From a bacterium (GTDB lineage Bacteria > Patescibacteriota > CPR2 > UBA1875 > JAJYID01), in contig JAJYID010000001.1 in assembly GCA_021790235.1 (NCBI GenBank), positions 107,228 through 171,227 on the forward strand: DNA of 64,000 nucleotides, written 5' to 3'. The stretch's first letter is position 1, and each line of letters starts with the position of its first letter. Both the position numbers and the translations under genes were made by a program. This document shows, in pieces, positions 38,798 to 47,298 of this stretch. Under the pieces are notes generated by a model. The model ran no database searches and was not told the origin of the DNA. It was given only the letters and a program-made list of their open reading frames with translations.

Positions 38798-38842
38798 AAA
38801 TTAGCCGTAAAAACAATCCCTACAAACACTTAACGGAGTAAA

Positions 38843-40051
38843 ATGAAAGAATTTACATATAAAGCGAGAAATAAAGACGGGACGGCCACTCAAGGCATAG
38901 TAGAAGCGGAAACCGAGGTGGCAGCTTCAAATCTTCTGATTTCCAAAAACATTTTTCCGGTTGATATAAAAGAAGGTACCAAAACCTCCTTTGAAATACC
39001 TTTTTTAAAAAAGGTATCCAGAAAAGATAAAGTCTTCTTTCTGAGACAGTTGGCAACCATGACGGGTGCCGGTCTGCCTATAGCTCAAGCCCTTTCAACA
39101 CTATTGGCTCAAACCTCAAAGAAAAATGTTAAGAAAATGATTGAGCAAATGAGCCGTGACATTGAAGCCGGCGGTACGCTTTCTGCTGCTTTCGCCGCTT
39201 TTCCTGATGTGTTTAATAAAACCGATACCAATATGATAGCTTCGGGTGAAGCTAGTGGTAAAGTAGATGAGGTACTCTTGCACATGGCAAATCAGACAGA
39301 AAAGAGCTATCAAACTTTGAAAAAAATTAGAACCGTTTTTATTTACCCGGCCTTCCTAGCAGTCGTTGTGTCGGGTGTGGTGGGAATCTTAATAACATTT
39401 GTTTTGCCGCAAATGAAAAATCTCTACTCAGGGTTTGGAGCCAATCTGCCTTTGCCGACTAGAATTTTAATCGGGACTAGCGACTTTCTTGCCAAATATT
39501 TCATATTAGTGGTTATACTTGTCATTGCTATTTATATCTCACTTAGGATATATATTAAGACAAATGAAACAGGCAAGTATTTCTGGCACAGACTAAAGAC
39601 AAGTATACCGATAATCTCTAGCTTTATCCGTCTTTCTTATCTTTCTATTATTACGAGAACCTTGGCCAGCTTGGTGGCTTCAGGCGTACCTATTCTTGAT
39701 TCGCTGGATATAGTGTCAGAGGCTATGCAAAATGTCATATATCGCGATAGCTTAAAAACGGTTCGAGACAAGGTCAAACAAGGTAAGTCTTTATCTGCAG
39801 CTTTTAAGGAAGATGAGGTATTCCCAATATTGGTTTCCCAAATGATGGGAGTTGGTGAGCAAACGGGAGAGCTTGATAATATGCTTTCAAATATGGCAGA
39901 GTATTATGACAACGAGCTAGATAGCATGACCAAAAATCTGCAGTCTCTTCTGGAACCGGTTATGATAGTGATAATGGGAGGGATAGTCGGGACTATTATT
40001 ATTTGTATCTTGCTTCCGGTATATAGTCTTCAGAATTTTGTAGTCCACTAA
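38843..40051 (+). CDS. pilC: Type IV pilus platform protein PilC (GspF family)
   Basis: Two T2SSF repeats and three transmembrane regions. Confidence 0.9.
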   Translation: MKEFTYKARNKDGTATQGIVEAETEVAASNLLISKNIFPVDIKEGTKTSFEIPFLKKVSRKDKVFFLRQLATMTGAGLPIAQALSTLLAQTSKKNVKKMIEQMSRDIEAGGTLSAAFAAFPDVFNKTDTNMIASGEASGKVDEVLLHMANQTEKSYQTLKKIRTVFIYPAFLAVVVSGVVGILITFVLPQMKNLYSGFGANLPLPTRILIGTSDFLAKYFILVVILVIAIYISLRIYIKTNETGKYFWHRLKTSIPIISSFIRLSYLSIITRTLASLVASGVPILDSLDIVSEAMQNVIYRDSLKTVRDKVKQGKSLSAAFKEDEVFPILVSQMMGVGEQTGELDNMLSNMAEYYDNELDSMTKNLQSLLEPVMIVIMGGIVGTIIICILLPVYSLQNFVVH

Positions 40052-40150
40052 TTTGTTCATGCGATAGGCATAAATGAAATAATATAGTTGACACATCATA
40101 AGGACATTGGTTCAATATCAACATAAAAGAAAAAAGAAAGGAGGTGGAAT

Positions 40151-40591
40151 ATGAGAAATCTAAGAAAAAAGTTTACTCTGGGAGAAGCGAAGGGTTTTAC
40201 ACTTATTGAGTTAGTCGTAGTTATGGCTATTATCGCTGTTTTAGCGGTGCTGGTTATAGGTGCTATCACCATAGCCCGTCAAACTGCAATGGAGACTGCA
40301 GACAGATCAAACGTCAGAACATTGCAAACCTGTCTCGAAGCAGATTACACGAAATTTAAGGCTTATTGTGGTGCGACGGGTCAAACTGCATGTCCTACTT
40401 TGCCTACTACTGGTAGTGTAATGTTTACTGCTATGGCTGCTGATATAGGAAGTTGTAAACCAGCTACTGGGACTTCAGGTGATGGTGCCTCTGATGGAGT
40501 AACAGTGACTGCCTGGTCTAAGAATAGTTATACTATTCAAGCACTATCTCATGATAACTCAACTACTATAGATAGTCCTGTTTCTCCTTAG
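40151..40591 (+). CDS. Type IV pilin (paralog 1)
   Basis: Class III signal KG/FTLIELVVVMAIIAVLA. SD aaaggagg. Confidence 0.85.
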   Translation: MRNLRKKFTLGEAKGFTLIELVVVMAIIAVLAVLVIGAITIARQTAMETADRSNVRTLQTCLEADYTKFKAYCGATGQTACPTLPTTGSVMFTAMAADIGSCKPATGTSGDGASDGVTVTAWSKNSYTIQALSHDNSTTIDSPVSP

Positions 40592-40669
40592 ATAATTTGA
40601 TCGGGATATCTTTCATAACTAGCCATGGCGAGACGGCTCCTCATGGCTGTTATGGGAAATATTAAACAA

Positions 40670-41113
40670 ATGGAAGAGGGAGTGAAAAAGCTAAAAAAAA
40701 ATCAAGGTTTTACACTCATTGAGTTAGTCGTAGTTATGGCTATTATCGCTGTTTTAGCGGTGCTGGTTATAGGTGCTATCACGGTTGCTAGAAACACTGC
40801 TGCAGAAACTACAAATCGATCGAATGCTCGGACATTTCAAGCAGGTTTGGAAAAATATTTTTCTAATAATAAAAGTTATCCTGCCTACGTTGTTACCGGT
40901 GGTTTAGCCTCATTTGATACTTTGTACAACGATAATCTTAGAGATTTAGGCATTACGCATGCGGATTATCCCAGTGGCTGTGACACTACTGGTCAAGCAC
41001 ACGGTGGAGGCCAATATAGTTATAATTCTTCTACTGGTCAGTATACTCTTACGGTTTGGAACTATGATTGTACAAAAGTTTTATCCGGATCAAGCAATCA
41101 GTTTACCAACTAA
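40670..41113 (+). CDS. Type IV pilin (paralog 2)
   Basis: QG/FTLIELVVVMAIIAVLA. The ORF is open from 40625, but the start is chosen nearer the signal (MEEGVKKLKKNQG). Confidence 0.8.
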   Translation: MEEGVKKLKKNQGFTLIELVVVMAIIAVLAVLVIGAITVARNTAAETTNRSNARTFQAGLEKYFSNNKSYPAYVVTGGLASFDTLYNDNLRDLGITHADYPSGCDTTGQAHGGGQYSYNSSTGQYTLTVWNYDCTKVLSGSSNQFTN

Positions 41114-41127
41114 GATGATTAACAGTA

Positions 41128-41706
41128 ATGTTTTTGTATAAGAGAAAAAATATTTTCGGAAAATTAGAAGGTTTTACACTTATTGAGTTAGTCGTAGTTA
41201 TGGCTATTATTGCTCTTCTTGCCGCTTTAATCATAGGAGCCATCGCTATAACGCGCCAACAAGCCGATGTTACGAGGCTACGATCTGATGCTCATAATAT
41301 TCAGACAGCTTTAGAGGGATACTTTGCAAAGAACAGACATTTCCCTCCTGATTATCGAGTAGATGCCTACTCGCTTTATGCAGATACTTCTGCTTATTAT
41401 ACTGATGGCAAAACTTATGCAAACCAAGATGGAGCGCATCCTTTAAGTACTATGGGGGCATCATCTTGGCCCACTCCCCCGGCAAACAACGGCAGCAAGG
41501 GGCTGATATGTTACTCAGCCGGTCTCAACGCACAGGATTATTGGTTTTGGATCTTGACTCCGGGCGAGGTGCAAGCCGGTAAAGTGTGTATTGCCCCGAG
41601 TTGCACGAACTCTACTTGTGGATTTATAGCTGCAGATCCTGGCAGTAAGATTCATTGTCCGAATGGCACGACCTCGAGCGGTTGTTCATCTCAGTATTGG
41701 TATTAG
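41128..41706 (+). CDS. Type IV pilin (paralog 3, larger C-terminal domain with several Cys)
   Basis: EG/FTLIELVVVMAIIALLA. Confidence 0.8.
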   Translation: MFLYKRKNIFGKLEGFTLIELVVVMAIIALLAALIIGAIAITRQQADVTRLRSDAHNIQTALEGYFAKNRHFPPDYRVDAYSLYADTSAYYTDGKTYANQDGAHPLSTMGASSWPTPPANNGSKGLICYSAGLNAQDYWFWILTPGEVQAGKVCIAPSCTNSTCGFIAADPGSKIHCPNGTTSSGCSSQYWY

Positions 41707-41770
41707 AAAATTTGTTCTCTGTGTAAGACTGGAGGATAAGGCTGGGGACGGTTCTCTTTTTAAAGCAGAT

Positions 41771-41799
41771 TTGACGGAAACTTTCAAATTTTCTATAAT
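41771..41799 (+). promoter_or_regulatory. Sigma70-like promoter (TTGACG-17-TATAAT) of the transposase gene, 6 nt before the ATG (leaderless)
   Basis: ttgacg at 41771-41776, a 17-nt spacer, tataat at 41794-41799, and the ATG at 41806. Confidence 0.7.
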
Positions 41800-41805
41800 T
41801 TGTTT

Positions 41806-42489
41806 ATGCCCAGACAAGCTAGAATATTGCCACCGAACGGTTTTTATCATATCGTCTGCCGCGGAAACAACAAACAGAATATATTTCGGGATGATTCAGA
41901 TAAGGACAAATATCTTGAGTTGGCTTTAAGATACAAGGGAGAGCATCCCATGTCTCTATTCCATTATTGTTTAATGACTAATCATGTTCATTTGCTTCTT
42001 GAAACGAATGAACAAACTGATCTTTCAAACTTTATGAAAAGGCTTAATCTTGCCTATTTTCATCATTTTAAAAATAAATATGGTTATGTTGGCCATTTCT
42101 GGCAGGACAGATTCAAAAGCTTCTTAATCGAGCGGGATAACTATCTTTTGGTTTGTGGAAAGTATATCGAGCTGAACCCGGTAAGGGCTAAAATGGTGGC
42201 GAGACCTGAAGACTTTGAATACTCGAGTTATGGGTTTTATACTGATAACAAGAAGAGTGATATTTTAGAACACAACCCTCTGTTTTTTGAACTGAGCTCC
42301 AAGTCCAAGGATTGTTCTAGTCTGTACCGTGACTTTGTTGTGCCTCAAGAAGAGATAGAACAGAGGTTTAAGGGTCCCTTCTGGGGTAGTGAGAAATTTG
42401 TTACTAGAATGAGAAAGAGGCTTGACTATAAAAAGGCCGCTGTTCAAGCAGGTAGAAAGGTTAATTTTCGGAAAATCAAAGCGCAATAG
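41806..42489 (+). CDS. REP-associated tyrosine transposase-like / IS200-family Y1 (HUH) transposase
   Basis: FYHIVCRGNN, HUH motif TNHVHLLL, and the catalytic Tyr region YIELNPVRAKM. Confidence 0.8.
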   Translation: MPRQARILPPNGFYHIVCRGNNKQNIFRDDSDKDKYLELALRYKGEHPMSLFHYCLMTNHVHLLLETNEQTDLSNFMKRLNLAYFHHFKNKYGYVGHFWQDRFKSFLIERDNYLLVCGKYIELNPVRAKMVARPEDFEYSSYGFYTDNKKSDILEHNPLFFELSSKSKDCSSLYRDFVVPQEEIEQRFKGPFWGSEKFVTRMRKRLDYKKAAVQAGRKVNFRKIKAQ

Positions 42490-42555
42490 AGAACCGTCCC
42501 CTAAGTGGGGGATAATGTTCTTTTGTATTACTAGGTTGCTGAGTATAATATATTT

Positions 42556-43362
42556 ATGTTTATTTTCTTGATTTTGTTTTTTGTTTTTGGTCTGATCATT
42601 GGCAGTTTTTTGAATGTTCTGATATATAGATTAGAAAACAAAAAACGTAAAACTCTGTGGGGCAGGTCTTTTTGTCCTCATTGTGAGAAGCGAATTGAAT
42701 GGTATGATAATATTCCGGTTGTGTCCTTTCTGTTTTTGGGCGGCAAGTGCCGGCATTGCAAAAAGAAAATTTCCATTCAATACCCGCTGGTGGAGCTGAC
42801 AACAGGATTTTTGTTCGCACTGCTTTTTGTAATCCCGAACGGGGCAATGGCGGAGTTGGGGAATCCCTTTGCTTACATTAATTTAATCTTCTGGTTTTTC
42901 TTTGCCTCGTGTTTGATGGTTGTTTTTGTTTACGACTTAAAACATCAAATCATTCCGGACCAGGTAATTTATACTGCACTTATTACCGGCTTCCTCTATG
43001 TGTCAATGCAATTTGCTTTACTAGGAGACTTTAAATATTTAGCTGATCATCTGTCATCTGCATTGATTGCCGGAGGTTTTTTCTATATTTTAGCAGCCAT
43101 ATCAAACGGCAAATGGATGGGAGGAGGTGATATTAAACTGGTATCCTTCATGGGCTTAGTACTTGGATGGCAGGGTACTGTTATTTCTCTATATGTTGCT
43201 TTTGTTTTAGGTGCTATCATGGGCGTGATTTTGCTGATATCAAAGAAAAAAAAATTTGGTTCAAAGATCCCCTTTGGCCCTTTTCTAATCATAGGAAATT
43301 TTATAGGCCTTTTTTTTGGGGAGCAACTCATTAACTTTTATGTTAAAATGTTTTTAAGTTAA
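42556..43362 (+). CDS. pilD: Prepilin peptidase (A24 family) PilD
   Basis: Zinc-binding CPHC...CRHC, multiple transmembrane segments, and the catalytic region GGGDIKL. Confidence 0.9.
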   Translation: MFIFLILFFVFGLIIGSFLNVLIYRLENKKRKTLWGRSFCPHCEKRIEWYDNIPVVSFLFLGGKCRHCKKKISIQYPLVELTTGFLFALLFVIPNGAMAELGNPFAYINLIFWFFFASCLMVVFVYDLKHQIIPDQVIYTALITGFLYVSMQFALLGDFKYLADHLSSALIAGGFFYILAAISNGKWMGGGDIKLVSFMGLVLGWQGTVISLYVAFVLGAIMGVILLISKKKKFGSKIPFGPFLIIGNFIGLFFGEQLINFYVKMFLS

Positions 43363-43374
43363 CTGGATATTCTT

Positions 43375-44058
43375 ATGATGTGGAGGGTTAAAAATAATAA
43401 AGGATTTACACTGGTTGAGCTCATAGTGGTTATGTCAATAACCGGTATTTTGCTTGCGCTTATTTATGGCGGATATTCCAGTACCAGAAAAGGCCAGTAT
43501 GTTCAGTATATGGCGAATCTTACCCAGACTAATATCCGAAGCTCCTTTATAGATATTATCTCTACAAAAGTGGAAACAGCAGGTAACTGTAATGGTTTAT
43601 CGCCTGTGATAAAAGTTGTGGCAATAAAGTTAGGTTCATCTTCCACACCTATCACTGAGGTTCCTATTTGTAATGATAATAGTGGCGTACTGCAGGATCC
43701 GACTACGAATATTGAAACTATTGATCCGTCAGAGAGCTTAAATTTTCAGGAGAATTTAAGTATGGACTTTTGTACTCCTTATGCGACCAACTACTCTTGC
43801 ACTAATCCGACTAAAACAGGTTATCTTTATCTAATTTTTACAAGTCCATACGGAAAATATTACAGTTACTATAGTGGTTCAGATCAAATAACAGATTTAT
43901 GGACCTATCAAATTAGTAACTGGCAGCATAACGCAGATATGATTTATACGCCATCTAGTGACCCAAGTATAGGTTATATAACTCTTCATTTAACTGATGA
44001 TACCGGTAATACGTCAGAACTTAATATTACAGGTGTTGGTAATGTCGAAAAGCCATGA
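43375..44058 (+). CDS. Minor pilin / pseudopilin
   Basis: KG/FTLVELIVVMSITGILLA prepilin signal. Confidence 0.75.
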   Translation: MMWRVKNNKGFTLVELIVVMSITGILLALIYGGYSSTRKGQYVQYMANLTQTNIRSSFIDIISTKVETAGNCNGLSPVIKVVAIKLGSSSTPITEVPICNDNSGVLQDPTTNIETIDPSESLNFQENLSMDFCTPYATNYSCTNPTKTGYLYLIFTSPYGKYYSYYSGSDQITDLWTYQISNWQHNADMIYTPSSDPSIGYITLHLTDDTGNTSELNITGVGNVEKP

Positions 44059-44630
44059 GGATTTTAGATATGAGTTTCAAAATGATTAATAAAAAAGGAC
44101 AGAGTCTCGTTGAGGTCGTGGTAGCATGCGCTATTTTAGGTATTACTATGGCAGCGATTATGAGTATGGTAATCTCTTCAAAAAATCTTTTATATCAGTC
44201 CGAAGCACAGACTGAGGCTACAACTCTGGCTCAGGAAGGCATAGGTATAGTCCAGCATCAGCGTGATATCGGGTGCAGTTTTTCTAATATCACTACAAAT
44301 GGTGTGTTAAATGGTGCTAACGGTGGTTCAGACTTTGTGGTAAAAGGAGATCTGCTAAACGAGACCGGTGAGGATTTGGTTGCGGGTTCTATAACTTCTG
44401 CCACAAATATTGATGGTAATGGCAAAACCACTCAATTTGTCGGTTTTGAAAGGGGAATTGAAATCCAAGAATTAAGTGCCCTTGCGAGTAATCAAGTTGT
44501 GACAGGCTCGGGTTTTCAAGCGTCGGGTATCAATTATGACATCATAGATGATTATTACTACATTACTGTTACTGTGAATGGGCCGAATAATGCGAAATCG
44601 GAAATATCAACTATTATTTCAAAAAAGTAA
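44055..44630 (+). CDS. Minor pilin (PilV-like)
   Basis: KG/QSLVEVVVACAILGI prepilin-like signal. Confidence 0.6.
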   Translation: MRILDMSFKMINKKGQSLVEVVVACAILGITMAAIMSMVISSKNLLYQSEAQTEATTLAQEGIGIVQHQRDIGCSFSNITTNGVLNGANGGSDFVVKGDLLNETGEDLVAGSITSATNIDGNGKTTQFVGFERGIEIQELSALASNQVVTGSGFQASGINYDIIDDYYYITVTVNGPNNAKSEISTIISKK

Positions 44631-44633
44631 GAA

Positions 44634-45260
44634 ATGAAAAAGATTTTAAAAAATAAAAAAGGATTTACTTTGGTTGAACTTTTGGTAAGCATGGGGATTT
44701 TCGCTGTTGTTATAACAATGTGCGTCAGTTTCTTTATAGCAATGCAAAAGATGCAATCTGTCTATCGCGATCAAGCAAATTTGCAGCAGGAAGGAAGAAT
44801 TACTTCAAATATTTTTTCTATGCAGGTGAGTGATGCCGCAGTAGTTTATATTAATGATAAAAACAGTGATGGTAGTATTTGCAGTGATGCTGATGTGAAT
44901 AATAGGACTCAAAATAATGATTTTGAAGATTATATAGCGATAAAGAAAAATGTCAGTGACACAGAAGCGCTTGTCTTTGCCTGCCACGAGGACAATAGTA
45001 GTAATACACGATATTTAATGATGGGAACGCTCTCAGTTCCCGTCGGAACAGATCTCTCCCCGTTCACTATTAGTTCAGGTAATTTCGGGCAGCTTTCTTG
45101 GCTGTCTTCCAACCAAGTTACTATAGATGATTTTCAAGTGGCCAATAGTTCGACGACATATCCAAGAACTTTAAAATTCAATCTCAAAGTTAAAGGGTCT
45201 AGCGGGATTGCGCCGGAAATGCAGTTTCCCGGTTATCTGGTAATGAATAATGAACAATAA
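44634..45260 (+). CDS. Minor pilin (PilW-like)
   Basis: KG/FTLVELLVSMGIFAVV prepilin signal. Confidence 0.7.
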   Translation: MKKILKNKKGFTLVELLVSMGIFAVVITMCVSFFIAMQKMQSVYRDQANLQQEGRITSNIFSMQVSDAAVVYINDKNSDGSICSDADVNNRTQNNDFEDYIAIKKNVSDTEALVFACHEDNSSNTRYLMMGTLSVPVGTDLSPFTISSGNFGQLSWLSSNQVTIDDFQVANSSTTYPRTLKFNLKVKGSSGIAPEMQFPGYLVMNNEQ

Positions 45261-46206
45261 AAGGATCATAATGGAAAAGATACAAAACAAAAAAGGTAAT
45301 GCTCTCATCTGGACTGTGATGTTTATGGCGCTTTTTTTTCTCATAGCTAGCACAGTGGCAGTGATTACACTTGCAGACATCAGACAGGCTACTAATATAG
45401 ACAGCTCTACTGAGGCTTATTTAGTGGCTGAGGCAGGGATTGAGAGAGCTCGAAATTATGTATTAGCAGATCAATCCACAATCGGTTCCGGTTATATAGA
45501 TAGCAATACATATAAATTTGAGGTTGTGAAAGCAGTTGTGGGCAGCCAGTCTCCTTTTCTTACAGATCAAAATCGCATATGTGACAATACTACAGGTTCA
45601 ACAGATAAATATTGCTATTACAGTCAAGCCGTTGTAGGTAATGTTAAAAGAAAAATTATTGGTGAGCATAATAATATACCTCTAAGTCAAGGACAGTCCA
45701 CTAATTTTGATAGTAGCCTTATTCTCAATAATGATATAGGTATCCCAAGCATCGATTTTCAAAACTTAGGTTCGAGTTATCAAACATTTACTTATGTAAC
45801 AAATCTTGCAGATAATGATAGCGGTAATTCATATAATTTTGGTTTAGCTTCATCATCTACAAATGGGGTGGACATAGTTGTAGGTCCTGATCCGAACAAT
45901 ACTGGTAAACTGGAATTTTATTTAGCTGATATGCACTACAGTCATCTCGGCTCTAATATGATTAATAATATCACAGCCGGCAGTCTCCAAGTTACACTGG
46001 TTTACAGGAAAAGCGGTATAGCAACTCTTAAATTACAAAGTGATACTTCGTGTTTGGGTATCATCTCAGCGAGTGTGGCGCCAAACCTGAATCCGTACGA
46101 CGCCTTCTTTGTTCAGGGAACATATAATGCATCTTTTCCTTATGCTATATGGTTAAATGGAAAACAAGATATGCAGTTTAATACTGCTTTTTTGAGAGTA
46201 GAGTAA
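45250..46206 (+). CDS. PilX-like pilus tip/assembly protein
   Basis: KGNALIWTVMFMALFFLIASTVAVITLADIRQA is a PilX_N-type hydrophobic N-terminus. It is the last gene of the minor pilin set. Confidence 0.55.
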   Translation: MNNKRIIMEKIQNKKGNALIWTVMFMALFFLIASTVAVITLADIRQATNIDSSTEAYLVAEAGIERARNYVLADQSTIGSGYIDSNTYKFEVVKAVVGSQSPFLTDQNRICDNTTGSTDKYCYYSQAVVGNVKRKIIGEHNNIPLSQGQSTNFDSSLILNNDIGIPSIDFQNLGSSYQTFTYVTNLADNDSGNSYNFGLASSSTNGVDIVVGPDPNNTGKLEFYLADMHYSHLGSNMINNITAGSLQVTLVYRKSGIATLKLQSDTSCLGIISASVAPNLNPYDAFFVQGTYNASFPYAIWLNGKQDMQFNTAFLRVE

Positions 46207-46224
46207 ACTTAGGTCTTAACTAGT

Positions 46225-47169
46225 TCAGTTTTTCTTTCCGTGGAATTTTTTATGGATATCTTTTAGATGCTGGTTTGTAATATGGGTATAGATCTGGGTA
46301 GTTGTTATAGAAGAATGGCCGAGCATGGCCTGAACGCTGCGGATATCGGCACCGTTTATCAAAAGGTCGGTAGCAAAAGAATGCCTTAAAGAGTGAGGCG
46401 TCACTTCCTTTGTGATACCGGCTAGCCGAGCATATTTTGAAACAATCCTTTGAATACTTCTTGGAGTTAAGCGCATATATTCACCATCATCCAGGCCGTC
46501 TTTTGCGCCTGAAAAATGAATAAAAAGTGGTTTGGCATTATCGGTTCTTTTGGCAAGGTAGTTTTTTATTTTTCTTATGGCCGGATCCGAAAGAAAAACT
46601 ATCCTATCCTTGTCACCTTTACCGCGAACATTAAACTCTCCCCTTTCCAGGTTAATTTGTTCGCGGTTTAAGCCGGTGAGTTCACTTACTCTGAGCCCCG
46701 TAGAAAAAAGCGTTTCTAAAATCGCCGCATCCCTCAGAGTGGCTGCTTCTTTTTTTGAAGGGAATTTTTCTGGTGCCTTAAGGAGAGACTCGACCTCTTC
46801 AATACCTAAAAAATTTATTTGTTTTCGCTTCATTTCTCCGAGTTCTACTTTTTCTGCGGCCAAAGATTTGATGTCTCTTTTAGCCAGATATTTTAGGAAG
46901 GCACGAAGAGCAATAATATGATAAGTTTGGGTGATTTTAGCCAGATTGTCTCCGAGACCGGTAGTGAATCGGTTGAGATAGAGCCGATATTTTCTGACCA
47001 GATCACTTGTAATTTGTTCAGGTTTAAGTTCGCGGCTGCGCCCTTTTTCGGCAAAGTCAAGAAAACGTCCCAGATAGTGTTCGTAGTTTCTGATAGTCAG
47101 TTCTGAATGATTTTTTTCTATTTCTGAATACTCGAGGAAATCGCGGATAAGATCATTTACGCTAGCCAT
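46225..47169 (-). CDS. xerC: Tyrosine recombinase XerC/XerD family
   Basis: Catalytic motifs HSLRHSFAT and LGHSSITTTQIYTH. ATG 47169 is preferred over GTG 47187 because tacaat lies 6 nt upstream of it. Confidence 0.85.
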   Translation of the reverse strand: MASVNDLIRDFLEYSEIEKNHSELTIRNYEHYLGRFLDFAEKGRSRELKPEQITSDLVRKYRLYLNRFTTGLGDNLAKITQTYHIIALRAFLKYLAKRDIKSLAAEKVELGEMKRKQINFLGIEEVESLLKAPEKFPSKKEAATLRDAAILETLFSTGLRVSELTGLNREQINLERGEFNVRGKGDKDRIVFLSDPAIRKIKNYLAKRTDNAKPLFIHFSGAKDGLDDGEYMRLTPRSIQRIVSKYARLAGITKEVTPHSLRHSFATDLLINGADIRSVQAMLGHSSITTTQIYTHITNQHLKDIHKKFHGKKN

Positions 47170-47298
47170 ATTGGTATTGTACGACACAAAATTTTAAATT
47201 CAAAATGCAAACATTTTTTATTTCTGAGACCGGATTTTTTGTTAAGTATGTATTGCTAACATCTTGAACATTTTCAAAGATTCAAACATAATTTAATA

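Larger units (their letters stand above)
41744..42501 (+). mobile_element. RAYT/IS200-like Y1-transposase unit bounded by perfect 14-bp inverted repeats
   Basis: ggggacggttctct (41744-41757) is the exact reverse complement of agagaaccgtcccc (42488-42501). An extra hairpin cccc-taagt-gggg lies at 42498-42510. Confidence 0.75.

Noticed and set aside
40192-41210. CRISPR-like or other non-coding direct repeat array, suggested by the thrice-repeated about 41-77-nt identical segments.
   Set aside because: The repeats are the coding sequence of the conserved prepilin signal and N-terminal helix of three pilin genes. The spacing is about 500 bp and there are no cas genes.
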